From an uncultured Acidimicrobiaceae bacterium (GTDB lineage: Bacteria; Actinomycetota; Acidimicrobiia; Acidimicrobiales; CAIXPF01), in assembly GCA_963775055.1 (NCBI GenBank), contig CAVZHK010000008.1, forward strand, positions 154,813 through 218,812: a DNA stretch of 64,000 nucleotides, in the 5' to 3' direction. Positions 1-9,758 of the stretch are shown here, in pieces. The translations under genes were made by a program, and so were the position numbers. The notes under the pieces are model-generated. The model had not been told where the DNA came from. It did not search any database and saw only the letters and a list, made by a program, of their open reading frames with translations. Each line of letters opens with the position of its first letter. Within the stretch, counting starts at the first letter, position 1.

Positions 1-948
1 GGCCAACAGCAACAAGCAACCGAACTCACCCTGCTTTGCCTGCAACTGCTCGATGCGGGCGATGGCATCATCAGGGGTGCCCACCACCGCGATGTTGTGT
101 TCCACGATCCACTCAACGGTGTCCGTACCCTTGGGCACCGGGAAGCGGGGTTGGTTGTTGTTGAGGTAATCGATGTACTCGGTGGCCCCGAAGCGGATGT
201 CCTCGATGGCCTGGGCGCGGCTTTCCGCCAGGTGCATGGTCACCACGCAACGAAGACGACCACGGTCCATCTCCCGGCCCCGCTCCGCCGCCGCCTCACA
301 GGCCACCTGCCAGTTCACGTCCAATGCGTCGAACCCCGACTGCACGCCGGCGGCCACGCACAACATGCCCAGGTCGTACCGGCCGGCCAGCCGCCCACCC
401 GATGGGGTCACCGCGCTGGCCACACATACCTCGGGATGGGGACGGCTAAAGGGACGGAGGTGGGTGCGGCCGTCTCGCAAGGTATACCAATCGGTACGTT
501 CGTTGACTACCTCGCCCCGGAACAATCGCAAGATCACATCGAGAGATTGCTCCATTCGGTCTCGGGTGTCTTCTGGTTCGATGCCCACCATCAGCGCGTC
601 CGACGCCAGCAGGCCGGGGCCCGCACCGAACATCACCCGACCGCGGGTCATGTGGTCCAACTGGATCATGCGGTTAGCCACGTTGAGCGGATGGTGATAG
701 GGCAGCGAGACCACGCCCGTACCGAAGCGTATGTACTTGGTGCGCTCGGCGGCGGCGGCGATCATCAGCTCCGGGGAGTCGATGACCTCCATGCCGGCGG
801 AGTGGTGCTCGCCGATCCACGCCTCGGCGTAGCCCAGCTTGTCCAGCAGCGTCATGAGTTCCAGGTCCCGCTCCAGTGCCAGGGTGGGGTTCTCCCGTAC
901 CGAATGGAATGGAGCGAGGAAGACGCCGTGGCGCAGCGGGATGGGCAT
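1..948 (-). CDS. LLM class flavin-dependent oxidoreductase (luciferase-like monooxygenase), 3' end outside window
   Basis: Not in ORF track (no stop in window). Manual translation from ATG 948: MPIPLRHGVFLAPFH...AWIGEHHS...GTGVVSLPYHHP...LDHMTRGRVMFGAGPG, typical LLM motifs. Confidence 0.9.
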   Translation of the reverse strand, partial: MPIPLRHGVFLAPFHSVRENPTLALERDLELMTLLDKLGYAEAWIGEHHSAGMEVIDSPELMIAAAAERTKYIRFGTGVVSLPYHHPLNVANRMIQLDHMTRGRVMFGAGPGLLASDALMVGIEPEDTRDRMEQSLDVILRLFRGEVVNERTDWYTLRDGRTHLRPFSRPHPEVCVASAVTPSGGRLAGRYDLGMLCVAAGVQSGFDALDVNWQVACEAAAERGREMDRGRLRCVVTMHLAESRAQAIEDIRFGATEYIDYLNNNQPRFPVPKGTDTVEWIVEHNIAVVGTPDDAIARIEQLQAKQGEFGCLLLLA

Positions 949-1152
949 TTGGCGATGTTAGAGGCGCGACGCTGAAGCTTGCACTTCCCCTCGCACCTTC
1001 GCCAACACTGGCAACACGCAACAGATAGGTCACGAAACGCTTCGGGATCTTCCGATGAGCACGGGACGGTCCAACCCCAACGCCGCCGCCAGACCGACCG
1101 GTACGGAGCGCAGGGGGACTCTTGGTGCCTCCTCGGCGTCGGCGGGCAGAAC

Positions 1153-2430
1153 TCAGCGGGTGGCGTTGGCCGGTAGGTCCTTGAACGGCGTCTCCCGGGG
1201 GTAGCCCGGCTCCTTGGGCAGGCCCAGACCCCGTTCGCCGATGATGTTGCGCTGCACCTCGTCAGTACCGCCGTAGATGGCCGGCGCCGGGGAGAACACC
1301 GTGAGCTCCTGCAGCCAGCCACCGGTGGCCGCGTCAGGACCCCACAGCGTGGCGTCGGGACCCAACAACCGGCAGCCCAGGTCTCGTCCCAGGTGCAGCG
1401 CCCGGGTCATGGCCACCTTGGCCAGCGAACCCTCGACACCGGTGCGTCCCCCGGCTCCGCCCTTGGCCCGGCGGCCGGACCAGGTGATGATCTGGGTCAG
1501 GCTCTGCAGCTGGGCCAGGTCTTGACGGACCGTGGGATCTTGCAGCATGTCCCGCTCACGGGCCAGTTCGATCAGGCGACGTACCGTGCCCACCGACACG
1601 TGACCCTGCACCAACTGCGGCCGGGCCCCGCCCATGAAGGTGGCACACGGCCGGTCGAGGTGGCCCGCCACGCTGCCCGACGCCGCCCGGGCGAACCCGC
1701 CGGAAGCCTCGCCGATGCTGGCCCGCTCGTGGCCGAGAGTGGTGTTGGCCACGGCCCAACCGGCACCCACGTCACCTAGGCGGTTGGCGTCCGCCACCCT
1801 GGCATTGTCCATGAAGACCTCGTTGAACACCGCGTGGCCGGTCATCTCCCGCAGCGGGCGCACATCGATGCCTGGCTGCCGCATGGGCATCAGGAAGTAC
1901 GTGATGCCCTGGTGCTTGGGCGCCTCGGGGTTGGTCCGGGCAATGAGGATGCCGAAGTCCGCCACCTGTCCGGTGGAGGTCCACACCTTCTGGCCTGTCA
2001 CCACCCACTCGTCCCCGTCCCGCACCGCCCGGGTCTGCAGGCCGGCCAGGTCCGACCCGGCGCCGGGCTCGGAGAACAGCTGGCACCAGGCGTCGCGGCC
2101 GTCGATGATGCGCGGCACGAAGCGCTCGATCTGCTCGGGGGTTCCATGGGTCAGCACCGTGGGCAGGGTGAGCATGGTGCCGATGCCCCCGGGCGGGCCC
2201 ATCACCTTCTTGGCCCGGAACGCTGCCCGCACCGCAGCCTCGCCGGCCCGGCTATAGCCCCGACCGTACGGATTGGCCAGCATCGGATAGCTCAACCCGG
2301 CCCCGGCGAGCAGTGCCCACCACGCCTGCACGGTCCGCGCCGGGTCCCAATGCCCATCGATCCAGGCCTCAACCTCCGCCTGGATGTCGTGCTCACTCGC
2401 CTGCTCGCTTGCCGATGACGTGCTGACCAT
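1153..2430 (-). CDS. acyl-CoA dehydrogenase family protein
   Basis: WCQLFSEPGAGSDLA, GQKVWTS, FNEVF, IYGGTDEVQRNIIGER motifs. Confidence 0.95.
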   Translation of the reverse strand: MVSTSSASEQASEHDIQAEVEAWIDGHWDPARTVQAWWALLAGAGLSYPMLANPYGRGYSRAGEAAVRAAFRAKKVMGPPGGIGTMLTLPTVLTHGTPEQIERFVPRIIDGRDAWCQLFSEPGAGSDLAGLQTRAVRDGDEWVVTGQKVWTSTGQVADFGILIARTNPEAPKHQGITYFLMPMRQPGIDVRPLREMTGHAVFNEVFMDNARVADANRLGDVGAGWAVANTTLGHERASIGEASGGFARAASGSVAGHLDRPCATFMGGARPQLVQGHVSVGTVRRLIELARERDMLQDPTVRQDLAQLQSLTQIITWSGRRAKGGAGGRTGVEGSLAKVAMTRALHLGRDLGCRLLGPDATLWGPDAATGGWLQELTVFSPAPAIYGGTDEVQRNIIGERGLGLPKEPGYPRETPFKDLPANATR

Positions 2431-2744
2431 GTTCGGGTTCCTTTTCGTCGGGCGCTCGCGGCGCCGGTGGTGGGTTCACGCCGCGACCCGGCCGATGCGC
2501 CTCAACCGACCAGCACCCTATTCCGGTGCCGACCACCCCGCCCTGGCTCGGCTCCAATCCCTCAGCCGCCGCCTTTCGTGCGCTGCCGCCCGCGAAAGTG
2601 GACGGGCATTGACGAGCCCAGTGCCGATTCTGCCAAGGCGGGCCGGGAGCCGGGTCAGAGTTCGCCGTTGCTCAGGCCGGCAGCTGCGCGGGGGGTCAGC
2701 GTTGCGGCAACGGCCGGGGCACCGTTTGCGTAGGCTGCGGGGCC

Positions 2745-3173
2745 ATGAGCAGCATCGAGGAGCGCCTTGCCGTGCTCGAAGCCAAAGACGAGATCCGCGA
2801 GCTCACCGCGCGGTACTGCTTCGCGGTAGCGGAGGGCCGGGCGGAAGACATCGTGGCCATGTTCTGTGAGGACGGGGTGTTCATGATGCGGGACCGTCGC
2901 TTCGCCGGGCAGGCTGAGCTGAGCCAGATGTACGCCGGCACCGCGGAAGGCGTCACCCCCAAGCCCTACATCCAGAACCACGTCATCGAGGTGAACGGCG
3001 GCAACGCCACCGGCCGCTGCGGGGTGGAGATCCGCATGGTCCGCAAGGGTGAGGCGTACACCGCTGCCGGCCACTACTTCGACACGTACCGCAAGGTCAA
3101 CGGTGCGTGGCTGTTCGCCGAACGGGACTTTCGCGCCTTCCACATGGTGCCCCTCGCCAGGGGCTGGGCCTGA
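2745..3173 (+). CDS. NTF2-like / SnoaL-like (nuclear transport factor 2 family) protein
   Basis: LEAKDEIRELTARYC N-terminus, GHYFDTYRKVNGAWLFAER C-terminus. Confidence 0.85.
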   Translation: MSSIEERLAVLEAKDEIRELTARYCFAVAEGRAEDIVAMFCEDGVFMMRDRRFAGQAELSQMYAGTAEGVTPKPYIQNHVIEVNGGNATGRCGVEIRMVRKGEAYTAAGHYFDTYRKVNGAWLFAERDFRAFHMVPLARGWA

Positions 3174-3177
3174 GTTC

Positions 3178-3897
3178 ATGAGTGACGCCAGCCACAACAG
3201 CAACACCAGCCCGAGCACCACAACGCAGGGTATGACCACCGATCTGTACGAGCTCATGTCCACGCTGCGAGCGGTGCGTCGCCTGCGCACCGACTCCATT
3301 CCCGACGATGTTTTGGAGCGGGTGCTGCAGGCCGCGTGTTGGGCCCCTACCGGCGGCAACATGCAGCCCTGGCGGGTAATCGTGGTCCGCAGCCCCGAAC
3401 GCAAGACGGCTCTGGCGGAGATCTACGGGCCCGAGTGGCACACCTACACCGGGTTCAGCCGTCGGCGGGCCGAGAAGGCCGGCGTGGCCGGGGAGGCGCT
3501 GGCGGCCATGGAACGGACCCTGGCCGCCGGGGACTACCTGGCGGACCACTTGGCGGAGGCCCCGGTGATCCTGATGTTCATCGCCGACCCGGCCATGATG
3601 GCCATCACCGACAAGAACCTGGACCGCATCTCCATGGTCGGTGGCGGATCGGTCTACACCGCGGTGCAGAACACCATGTTGGCTTGCCGGGCCGAGGGGC
3701 TGGGCTGCACCCTGACCACGCTGCACTGCCTGCGCGAGCCCGAGATCAAAGCCGCCCTTGACATCCCCGACAACTGGGCCACGTTGGCGATGGTGCCCAT
3801 TGGCTACCCCCTGGGCAAGGGACACGGGTCCATCACCCGCCAACCCCCCGCCCGGCTGGCGTTCGATGATCGCTTCGGGGAGGCCTGGACCGGCTGA
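3178..3897 (+). CDS. nitroreductase family protein
   Basis: TLRAVRR, APTGGNMQPWRVIVV, QNTMLACRAEGLG, PIGYP; alternative start ATG 3232. Confidence 0.92.
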   Translation: MSDASHNSNTSPSTTTQGMTTDLYELMSTLRAVRRLRTDSIPDDVLERVLQAACWAPTGGNMQPWRVIVVRSPERKTALAEIYGPEWHTYTGFSRRRAEKAGVAGEALAAMERTLAAGDYLADHLAEAPVILMFIADPAMMAITDKNLDRISMVGGGSVYTAVQNTMLACRAEGLGCTLTTLHCLREPEIKAALDIPDNWATLAMVPIGYPLGKGHGSITRQPPARLAFDDRFGEAWTG

Positions 3898-3913
3898 CCG
3901 GTATCAGTCGGAC

Positions 3914-5143
3914 TCAGTCCACCAGGGACTGGTACACCAGGGTTCGCAGCTCGCGCCGGATGGGGTGGGTGGAGGACGGCATGAGCTGCGCCAGTTGAAC
4001 CACCACCATGTCCTCGGACCGGTCGACCCAGAACGCGGTGGACGCCGCGCCGCCCCAGCCGTGGTCGCCCACCGAGCCCATGGCACCAGCCTTGGCGGGA
4101 TCGAGGGTGACGGACACCCCCAGCCCGAATCCGATGCCCTCGTAGGAGACTTCGGAGAACACTCGCTGGCCCATGCCGGCCAGGTCCGAGTTGCCGGGCA
4201 GATGGTTGGTCGAGAGGTATTCGACGGTCTTGCGGCCCAAGATCCGCTGCCCACCCAGTTCGCCCCGGTTGGCCAACATCAGGGCGAAGGCCAGGTAATC
4301 CGCGGCGGTGGATACCAACCCGCCGCCACCGGAGAGGAACGTAGGTGGCTGCAGGTAGGTGGAGGTGGCCGCGGCGTCGAACAATGCCAGCGGGTCCTTG
4401 GCGGTGAAGGCGTAGTTGGCGGCCAGTCGATGCACCTTTTCCGGCGGCACCCAGAAACCGGTGTCCACCATACCGAGCGGTACGAAGATGCGTTCGGCCA
4501 GGAATTGGTCCAGTGCTTTGCCGGAGATCACCTCGCACAGATGCCCGCACACGTCGGTGGCCACCGAATAGGACCACTGGGTGCCGGGCGAGAACCGCAA
4601 CGGCAGTTCGCTGAGCTTGTCGATCATCTCCGCCACCGTGGCCGCCCCGTCACGCTCCACGCCCCGCCGGCGGTACAGCGCATCGAGGGGGTGGCGGTTC
4701 ATGAACCCGTAGGTCAGGCCCGAGGTGTGGGTGAGCAGGTCACGGATCTGCATCTCCCGCTGCGGAAACGTGCTGCTGTACAGATCCGGGGTTCCGTCGG
4801 ACCATACCCGAAGGTCTGCCCAGGCAGGAATGAAGCGGGACACCGGATCATCCAGTTGGAAGTGACCCTCCTCATACAAGCTCAGCAGCGCCACCGACAC
4901 GATGGGTTTGGTCATGGAGTAGATCCGAAAGATGGTGTCCTCGGTCATGGGCGCATCAGCGTCGCGGTCACGCCGACCGACCGTGGCCAAATGCGCCACC
5001 TGACCGGCGCGGGCCACCACCGTGGTGATGCCCGCCAGCTTGCCGGCGTCCACGTAGCGCTCCTGGAAGAACGGGGCGATGCGGGCCAGACGGGCCGAGC
5101 TGAGACCAAGTTCCTCGGGCTTGTCGACAACGACGATGGGCAT
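3914..5143 (-). CDS. serine hydrolase, beta-lactamase class C-like / esterase family VIII
   Basis: SxxK (YSMTK), LLTHTSG, WSYS, SGGGGL motifs; no signal peptide. Confidence 0.92.
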   Translation of the reverse strand: MPIVVVDKPEELGLSSARLARIAPFFQERYVDAGKLAGITTVVARAGQVAHLATVGRRDRDADAPMTEDTIFRIYSMTKPIVSVALLSLYEEGHFQLDDPVSRFIPAWADLRVWSDGTPDLYSSTFPQREMQIRDLLTHTSGLTYGFMNRHPLDALYRRRGVERDGAATVAEMIDKLSELPLRFSPGTQWSYSVATDVCGHLCEVISGKALDQFLAERIFVPLGMVDTGFWVPPEKVHRLAANYAFTAKDPLALFDAAATSTYLQPPTFLSGGGGLVSTAADYLAFALMLANRGELGGQRILGRKTVEYLSTNHLPGNSDLAGMGQRVFSEVSYEGIGFGLGVSVTLDPAKAGAMGSVGDHGWGGAASTAFWVDRSEDMVVVQLAQLMPSSTHPIRRELRTLVYQSLVD

Positions 5144-6620
5144 TTCGGGCTCCCCCGGGTGCGCTCAGTGACCCGGCGACACTATCCGCCGGGCGCCGAG
5201 GGGCTGCGGTGGTCGTGGGTTTGGCGGGGTGGGCTGACGCCCGAGCCCCCGTGGTCAGCTCACCGGCGGGTTGATGCCACGGGCCAGGTGGGACAGGGCG
5301 GCGTCGGGCCCCTCGACCCGGGTGCCGTTCAGCGGGCCGCAAGGCGTGGGGTTCTCGACGATAGTCGGTCGGCGGCGAAGGACATCCGGGCAGCATCGGT
5401 GGCGCCTCGGTTGAGGCGGGAATCCGCAGGCTGGCAAGGGACGCCAGCCCGGCGATGCCCAGAGCCGCCGCCACGACGTAGGGCAGCGAGACGTTCAGGC
5501 CGAAGAGGCCAAGGGCTAACAACGGTCCCAGGATCCGACTGAATGCGCTGACCGACTGCTGCACGCCGAACAGGGCGCCGCGCTGCTCGGGCCCCGCGAT
5601 GGTCGAGATCACGGTGGACATGGCCGGGTTGAACAATCCCTGGCCCACGGTGAGGACGAACAGCGCCGGGATCAACGCCAACCATCCCGCCGCGGGGACC
5701 AGCAGCACGAACCCGATCACGTTGAGCGACATGGCTATCTGCGCCGTGCGACGGGGCCCGAAGCGACCGATGGCCCGCTTCACGCCGACCGCCTGTACCA
5801 CCGAAAGCACCAGCCCGACCCCGGCGAACACCAGGCCGGTGGAGCCTGCCGTCAAGCCCACCCGCTCCTGACCCAGCAGGCTGAAGGTGGATTCGAACCC
5901 GGCGAACCCGATGCCCATGATCAACCCGGTCAACAACATCCGACCCAACGTCGAGGACGGCTGCAGCAAGGCCAGCCTGCCGTGCGGCATCGACGCTGCC
6001 GTGTTGGCACTCACGGTCCCGGTGCTGGGGGTCGCGGTGCTGGCGGTCGCGGCGGCCGCCCGGAAGGCCGGCAGGCGCCACCAGGCGGTGACAGCGTTGA
6101 ACCCGCACAGGCCGGCGGCCAGGAAGAACGGCAGCCTCGGGCCGCCCAGCGCCGCCAGGGACCCAATGGCCGGGCCGGCGACGAAGCCGAGGGCGATGCC
6201 CGCACCGAGCAGGCCGAACAGACGTGGGCGCTGGGGTGGTGGGGCCAGATCAGCGGCGGCGGCGTGGGCCACCGAGAGGCTGCCGCCCGAGAACCCGTCC
6301 AGCGCCCGGGCCAAGATGATGAGCGGGATGGCCCCCGCCAGGCCCGTGATCAGATGCCCCACGCTGCTGCCGATGAGGGCGATGACCAGCACTGGTCGAC
6401 GCCCGTGACGGTCCGACAGCCGACCAAGGATGGGCGAGCCGATCATCTGGGCCACCGAGTACGCCGCCAGCACCAGCCCCACCGTGAACGCCGAGGCGCC
6501 CAGGTCCCGGGTGTACAGCGGCAGGATCGGCAGCACGATGCCGAAACCAAGGAGGTCCAGTACCACCGTCAACCACAGGCTGCCGAAGCCCTTCGGGAGG
6601 GGCTGGCGGTCTCGGGGCAC
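4968..6620 (-). CDS. MFS transporter (DHA1/TetA-like drug:H+ antiporter family); C-terminus uncertain
   Basis: LDLLGFGIVLPILP, motif A GRLSDRHGRRPVL, about 12 hydrophobic segments. The tail after ~5430 looks like read-through and overlaps the next gene; true stop may be 5255. Confidence 0.85.
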   Translation of the reverse strand: MPRDRQPLPKGFGSLWLTVVLDLLGFGIVLPILPLYTRDLGASAFTVGLVLAAYSVAQMIGSPILGRLSDRHGRRPVLVIALIGSSVGHLITGLAGAIPLIILARALDGFSGGSLSVAHAAAADLAPPPQRPRLFGLLGAGIALGFVAGPAIGSLAALGGPRLPFFLAAGLCGFNAVTAWWRLPAFRAAAATASTATPSTGTVSANTAASMPHGRLALLQPSSTLGRMLLTGLIMGIGFAGFESTFSLLGQERVGLTAGSTGLVFAGVGLVLSVVQAVGVKRAIGRFGPRRTAQIAMSLNVIGFVLLVPAAGWLALIPALFVLTVGQGLFNPAMSTVISTIAGPEQRGALFGVQQSVSAFSRILGPLLALGLFGLNVSLPYVVAAALGIAGLASLASLRIPASTEAPPMLPGCPSPPTDYRREPHALRPAERHPGRGARRRPVPPGPWHQPAGELTTGARASAHPAKPTTTAAPRRPADSVAGSLSAPGGARNAHRRCRQARGTWSQLGPSGPHRPVLPGALRGRRQAGGHHHGGGPRRSGGAFGHGRSA

Positions 6621-6653
6621 GAAAATCGACGCTACTGGCCGGCCATGTGGGCC

Positions 6654-8036
6654 TCAAACCTTCCGGCGGAGAATCGCCCCTTGTGGGGAGTCCTCGACCA
6701 ACCAGCCCACATCAGCCAGCTGGCCCCGAATGCGGTCCGCGGCGGCGAAGTCCCTGGCGGCGCGTGCCTCGGCCCGTTGCTGGGCCAACACCAACACATC
6801 CGTTGGCGGGCCGGTGAGATCCTGTTCGTGCAGGTCCAGGCCGACGGCGGCGCACATCTGACGGACGGCGGAGGCCAACCCGGCGGCGCTGGCATCATCT
6901 TCGGCGTCGAGCGCGGTGTTGGCGGCGCGAACCGCCCGGAACAGCTGGTCGAGGGCGCCGGGGGTGTTCAGATCGTCGTCCATGGCGGCGCGGAAGGCCT
7001 GGAGGATGGGCTCATCTGGCAGCGGCGGGCCTTGACCATCAGCGCCGCCGTGGAGCAGGTCGGCCGAGCGCCGGGCGAAGGCGTCGAGGCGGTCGAGAGC
7101 CCGTTCGGCGTCGGTGATGGTGGCCGCGGTGACCTCCAGCGGAGACCGGTAGTGGGCCCGCAGCACCAGCATCCGATAGGCCCGACCGTCGTGGCGTTCC
7201 AGCAGGTCGAGAAGGTTGGTGAAGTTGTCGAGGGACTTGGACATCTTCTCGCCCTCCACCTCCACGAAGCCGTTGTGGGTCCAGTGCCGGGCGAACTCCT
7301 TGCCGGCGGCGATGGCTTGGGCCCGTTCGTTCTCGTGGTGCGGGAAGGCCAGATCCTGGCCGCCGCCGTGCAGGTCGAACCCCTCCCCGAGCAGGTCGAG
7401 GGACATCACCACGCATTCCGTGTGCCACCCTGGGCGGCCGTCTCCCCACGGAGCGTGCCAGGTTGGTTCACCGGGCTTGGCCTTCTTCCACAAGGCGAAA
7501 TCGCTCGGGTTGCGCTTCTCGTTGCTGCCCTCCACCCGGGCGCCGGCCTGTAGGTCCTCGAGGTTCTGGCGGGCCAGCAGGCCGTACCCGGGGACCTGGG
7601 CGCAGTCGAGGTACACACCGTCTGTGGTTTCGTAGGCCTTGCCAGCGCCCAACAAGTCGGCGATCAGGGCGACCATCGGCTCGACGTACTCAGTGGCCCG
7701 GGGAGAGACGGTGGGACGTTTGACGCCGATGCCGTCCATGGCCCGGAACCAGATGGACTCGCACTTGGTGGTGATGTCCTGCCAGGGCCGCTGCTCGCGG
7801 TTGGCCCGCTCGATGATCTTGTCGTCGATGTCGGTGATGTTGGAGACGTAGCGGACCTCGAGGCCGCTCCATTCGAGGTAGCGACGCAGCACGTCGAACA
7901 CCAGCGAAAAGCGACCGTGACCGAGGTGCGGAGGGCCATACACCGTGGGTCCGCACACGTACATGGAAACCTGACCGGCTTGGCGGGGCTCAAAGGGCAC
8001 GACTTGTCCCTGGGCGGTGTCAAACAGGCGCAGCAT
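6654..8036 (-). CDS. cysS: cysteine--tRNA ligase
   Basis: YVCGPTVY, HLGH (HIGH), GRPGWHTEC, FPHHENERAQ, KMSKS. Confidence 0.98.
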   Translation of the reverse strand: MLRLFDTAQGQVVPFEPRQAGQVSMYVCGPTVYGPPHLGHGRFSLVFDVLRRYLEWSGLEVRYVSNITDIDDKIIERANREQRPWQDITTKCESIWFRAMDGIGVKRPTVSPRATEYVEPMVALIADLLGAGKAYETTDGVYLDCAQVPGYGLLARQNLEDLQAGARVEGSNEKRNPSDFALWKKAKPGEPTWHAPWGDGRPGWHTECVVMSLDLLGEGFDLHGGGQDLAFPHHENERAQAIAAGKEFARHWTHNGFVEVEGEKMSKSLDNFTNLLDLLERHDGRAYRMLVLRAHYRSPLEVTAATITDAERALDRLDAFARRSADLLHGGADGQGPPLPDEPILQAFRAAMDDDLNTPGALDQLFRAVRAANTALDAEDDASAAGLASAVRQMCAAVGLDLHEQDLTGPPTDVLVLAQQRAEARAARDFAAADRIRGQLADVGWLVEDSPQGAILRRKV

Positions 8037-8190
8037 CGCCGCCGAGCCTACCGATGGGTCCCGCTCGCGCCGTCATCGTTTCGCCGCCCTGGACGTTGGC
8101 CATGACCCCCGCCGCCGTCGGCCACTGCGCTGGCAGGGCCACGTTCCCCCGCCAGGGCCTGGAGCGTCTGCCGACAGCGCTTTTGACTTG

Positions 8191-8324
8191 CTCCGGTGAC
8201 GAAATTCGATCGACCCACCCACCGCCTCTTCCCCACCGGGGCATCGAGTCGGCTCGGGGGTTACGGTCGCCCATTCCGTCACCGGACAAACACTCCCCGC
8301 CGGCCGTCCATTTCGTCACCGGAG
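8191..8324. repeat. intergenic element bounded by a perfect 15-bp inverted repeat
   Basis: ctccggtgacgaaat (8191-8205) / atttcgtcaccggag (8310-8324), plus a partial internal copy attccgtcaccgga at ~8273. Confidence 0.75.
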
Positions 8325-8425
8325 GAAGGGATAGGTGCGGCAAAAGGCGGTCCCACCCGCGCCGGTCGCCCTGAAGGAACGGGCCCAGATCGGGGAAAGT
8401 GGACCGTGGGGACTACAGCGAATTG

Positions 8426-9730
8426 ATGGCTGAGGTCGATAGACGACGCATGTCTCGCGGTTGGCTGGGGGCCCGGGGTCCTCTCTGCATCGGCGCCGGA
8501 GCAGTTGTGCTCGGGTGCTATCTGGCGGCGGCCACCGTTGCCGCGGTGGTGCCAGGGCTGCAGGGCGCCGGTGCCGTCCTGATCACGGGCACGTTGCTGG
8601 CCTCCCTGGCCGCCATCGCCGTGTGGCTGGCCGCTCCCCGGCTGCGCAACGCCACGCCGGCGCCGCCGGTACTGGCCCGACCGCCCACGCGGGTGCTGTT
8701 CGCCGGGCCGAGCATGCGGACCAAGGAGCCGTTTCCGGAGACGGAGCGGTTGGCCCATCGATTGCGCTTCGACCAACAGCTCGAACGGGCCCTCGGGGAC
8801 GCCGAGGACCGCCGGGCACTGGCTGAGGTCGTGACCAGGGCCCTTGGCGTGGTCCCGCCCGAGGCGCCCGCTGAATGGCTGCAGCTCGGATCCCGGGGGC
8901 GAGCGCTCATCCAGGTGGCTGAGATCGGGCCCGACGGCGAGGGACCCGGCTGCCCGGTGATCGATCCTGACCACTGCGAAGCCATTCGTCGGGACCGCAC
9001 CCTCAGGTTCCACGGGGACGAGCTCGACGCCTGCCGCCACTTGGTGGACCGGTCCCCCGAACCATGCTCGGCGGTCTGCATCCCGGTGCGGGTCCAGGGC
9101 GAGGCCCGGGGGGTGCTGCATCGAACAGGAGACGAGGGCCGAGCACCGGGGGACCTCGAGGTCGGCTATCTGGAGTCGATGGCCGCCAAGTTGGGATCTC
9201 GCCTGGCCGTGCTGAGCCTGCAGAGCAGCGACGTGTCGAACGGCACCATCGATCGGCTCACCGGTCTGCTCAGCGCCGACGGACTCGAAGCCAAGATCCG
9301 CCAATTGGCCCGGGACATGACCCCCTTCGCGCTGGCCCAGTGCGACATCGACCATTTCAGCGAGTACGCCCAGCGTTACGGCCACGCCGGTGCGGATGAG
9401 GCGATGTGCACCTTGTCCCGGGCGGCCCTTCGCTGCCTTCGACCTGACGACCTGCTCGGACGAGGTCGCGGCGACGAGCTGCTGGCAGTGTTTCCGGCCA
9501 CGACTCCCACGGCCGCCCGCGGCGCGCTGGAGCGGCTTCGTGAGGAGTTGCTGCTCGAGCTGACGGCGAGCCATCAGGCGCCGTTCACGGTGAGTTTCGG
9601 GGTCATCGAATCCAGCTTCGGTCGGAGCCTCGACGAGCTGCTGGTGCAGGTCGACGCGGCCGCGGCTCTGGCCAAACAGCTCGGTCGAAATCGGGTGGTG
9701 CTGCACGGTGAGGTGCTCGACACGGACTGA
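8426..9730 (+). CDS. membrane-anchored GAF-like + degenerate GGDEF domain protein
   Basis: Two N-terminal TM segments; DRLTGLL, CDIDHF, YGH; A-site reads RGDEL; RPDD I-site; AKQLGRNRV. Confidence 0.88.
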   Translation: MAEVDRRRMSRGWLGARGPLCIGAGAVVLGCYLAAATVAAVVPGLQGAGAVLITGTLLASLAAIAVWLAAPRLRNATPAPPVLARPPTRVLFAGPSMRTKEPFPETERLAHRLRFDQQLERALGDAEDRRALAEVVTRALGVVPPEAPAEWLQLGSRGRALIQVAEIGPDGEGPGCPVIDPDHCEAIRRDRTLRFHGDELDACRHLVDRSPEPCSAVCIPVRVQGEARGVLHRTGDEGRAPGDLEVGYLESMAAKLGSRLAVLSLQSSDVSNGTIDRLTGLLSADGLEAKIRQLARDMTPFALAQCDIDHFSEYAQRYGHAGADEAMCTLSRAALRCLRPDDLLGRGRGDELLAVFPATTPTAARGALERLREELLLELTASHQAPFTVSFGVIESSFGRSLDELLVQVDAAAALAKQLGRNRVVLHGEVLDTD

Positions 9731-9758
9731 TGTCACCACCGACCGGCGCGATACCGGC

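Noticed and set aside
97-975. 292-aa plus-strand ORF and many other long antisense ORFs (e.g. 3758-5542, 5982-7553, 8279-9817, 46509-47831, 56693-58354)
   Set aside because: Shadow ORFs opposite well-supported genes, expected at this GC content.
3914-6620. Antibiotic resistance cassette (beta-lactamase + tetA)
   Set aside because: The hydrolase lacks a signal peptide and looks like a cytoplasmic esterase; the MFS is generic; no mobile element context.
8037-8425. T-box or riboswitch upstream of cysS
   Set aside because: No T-box consensus (GGTGG.ACC) antiterminator or recognisable riboswitch core seen.
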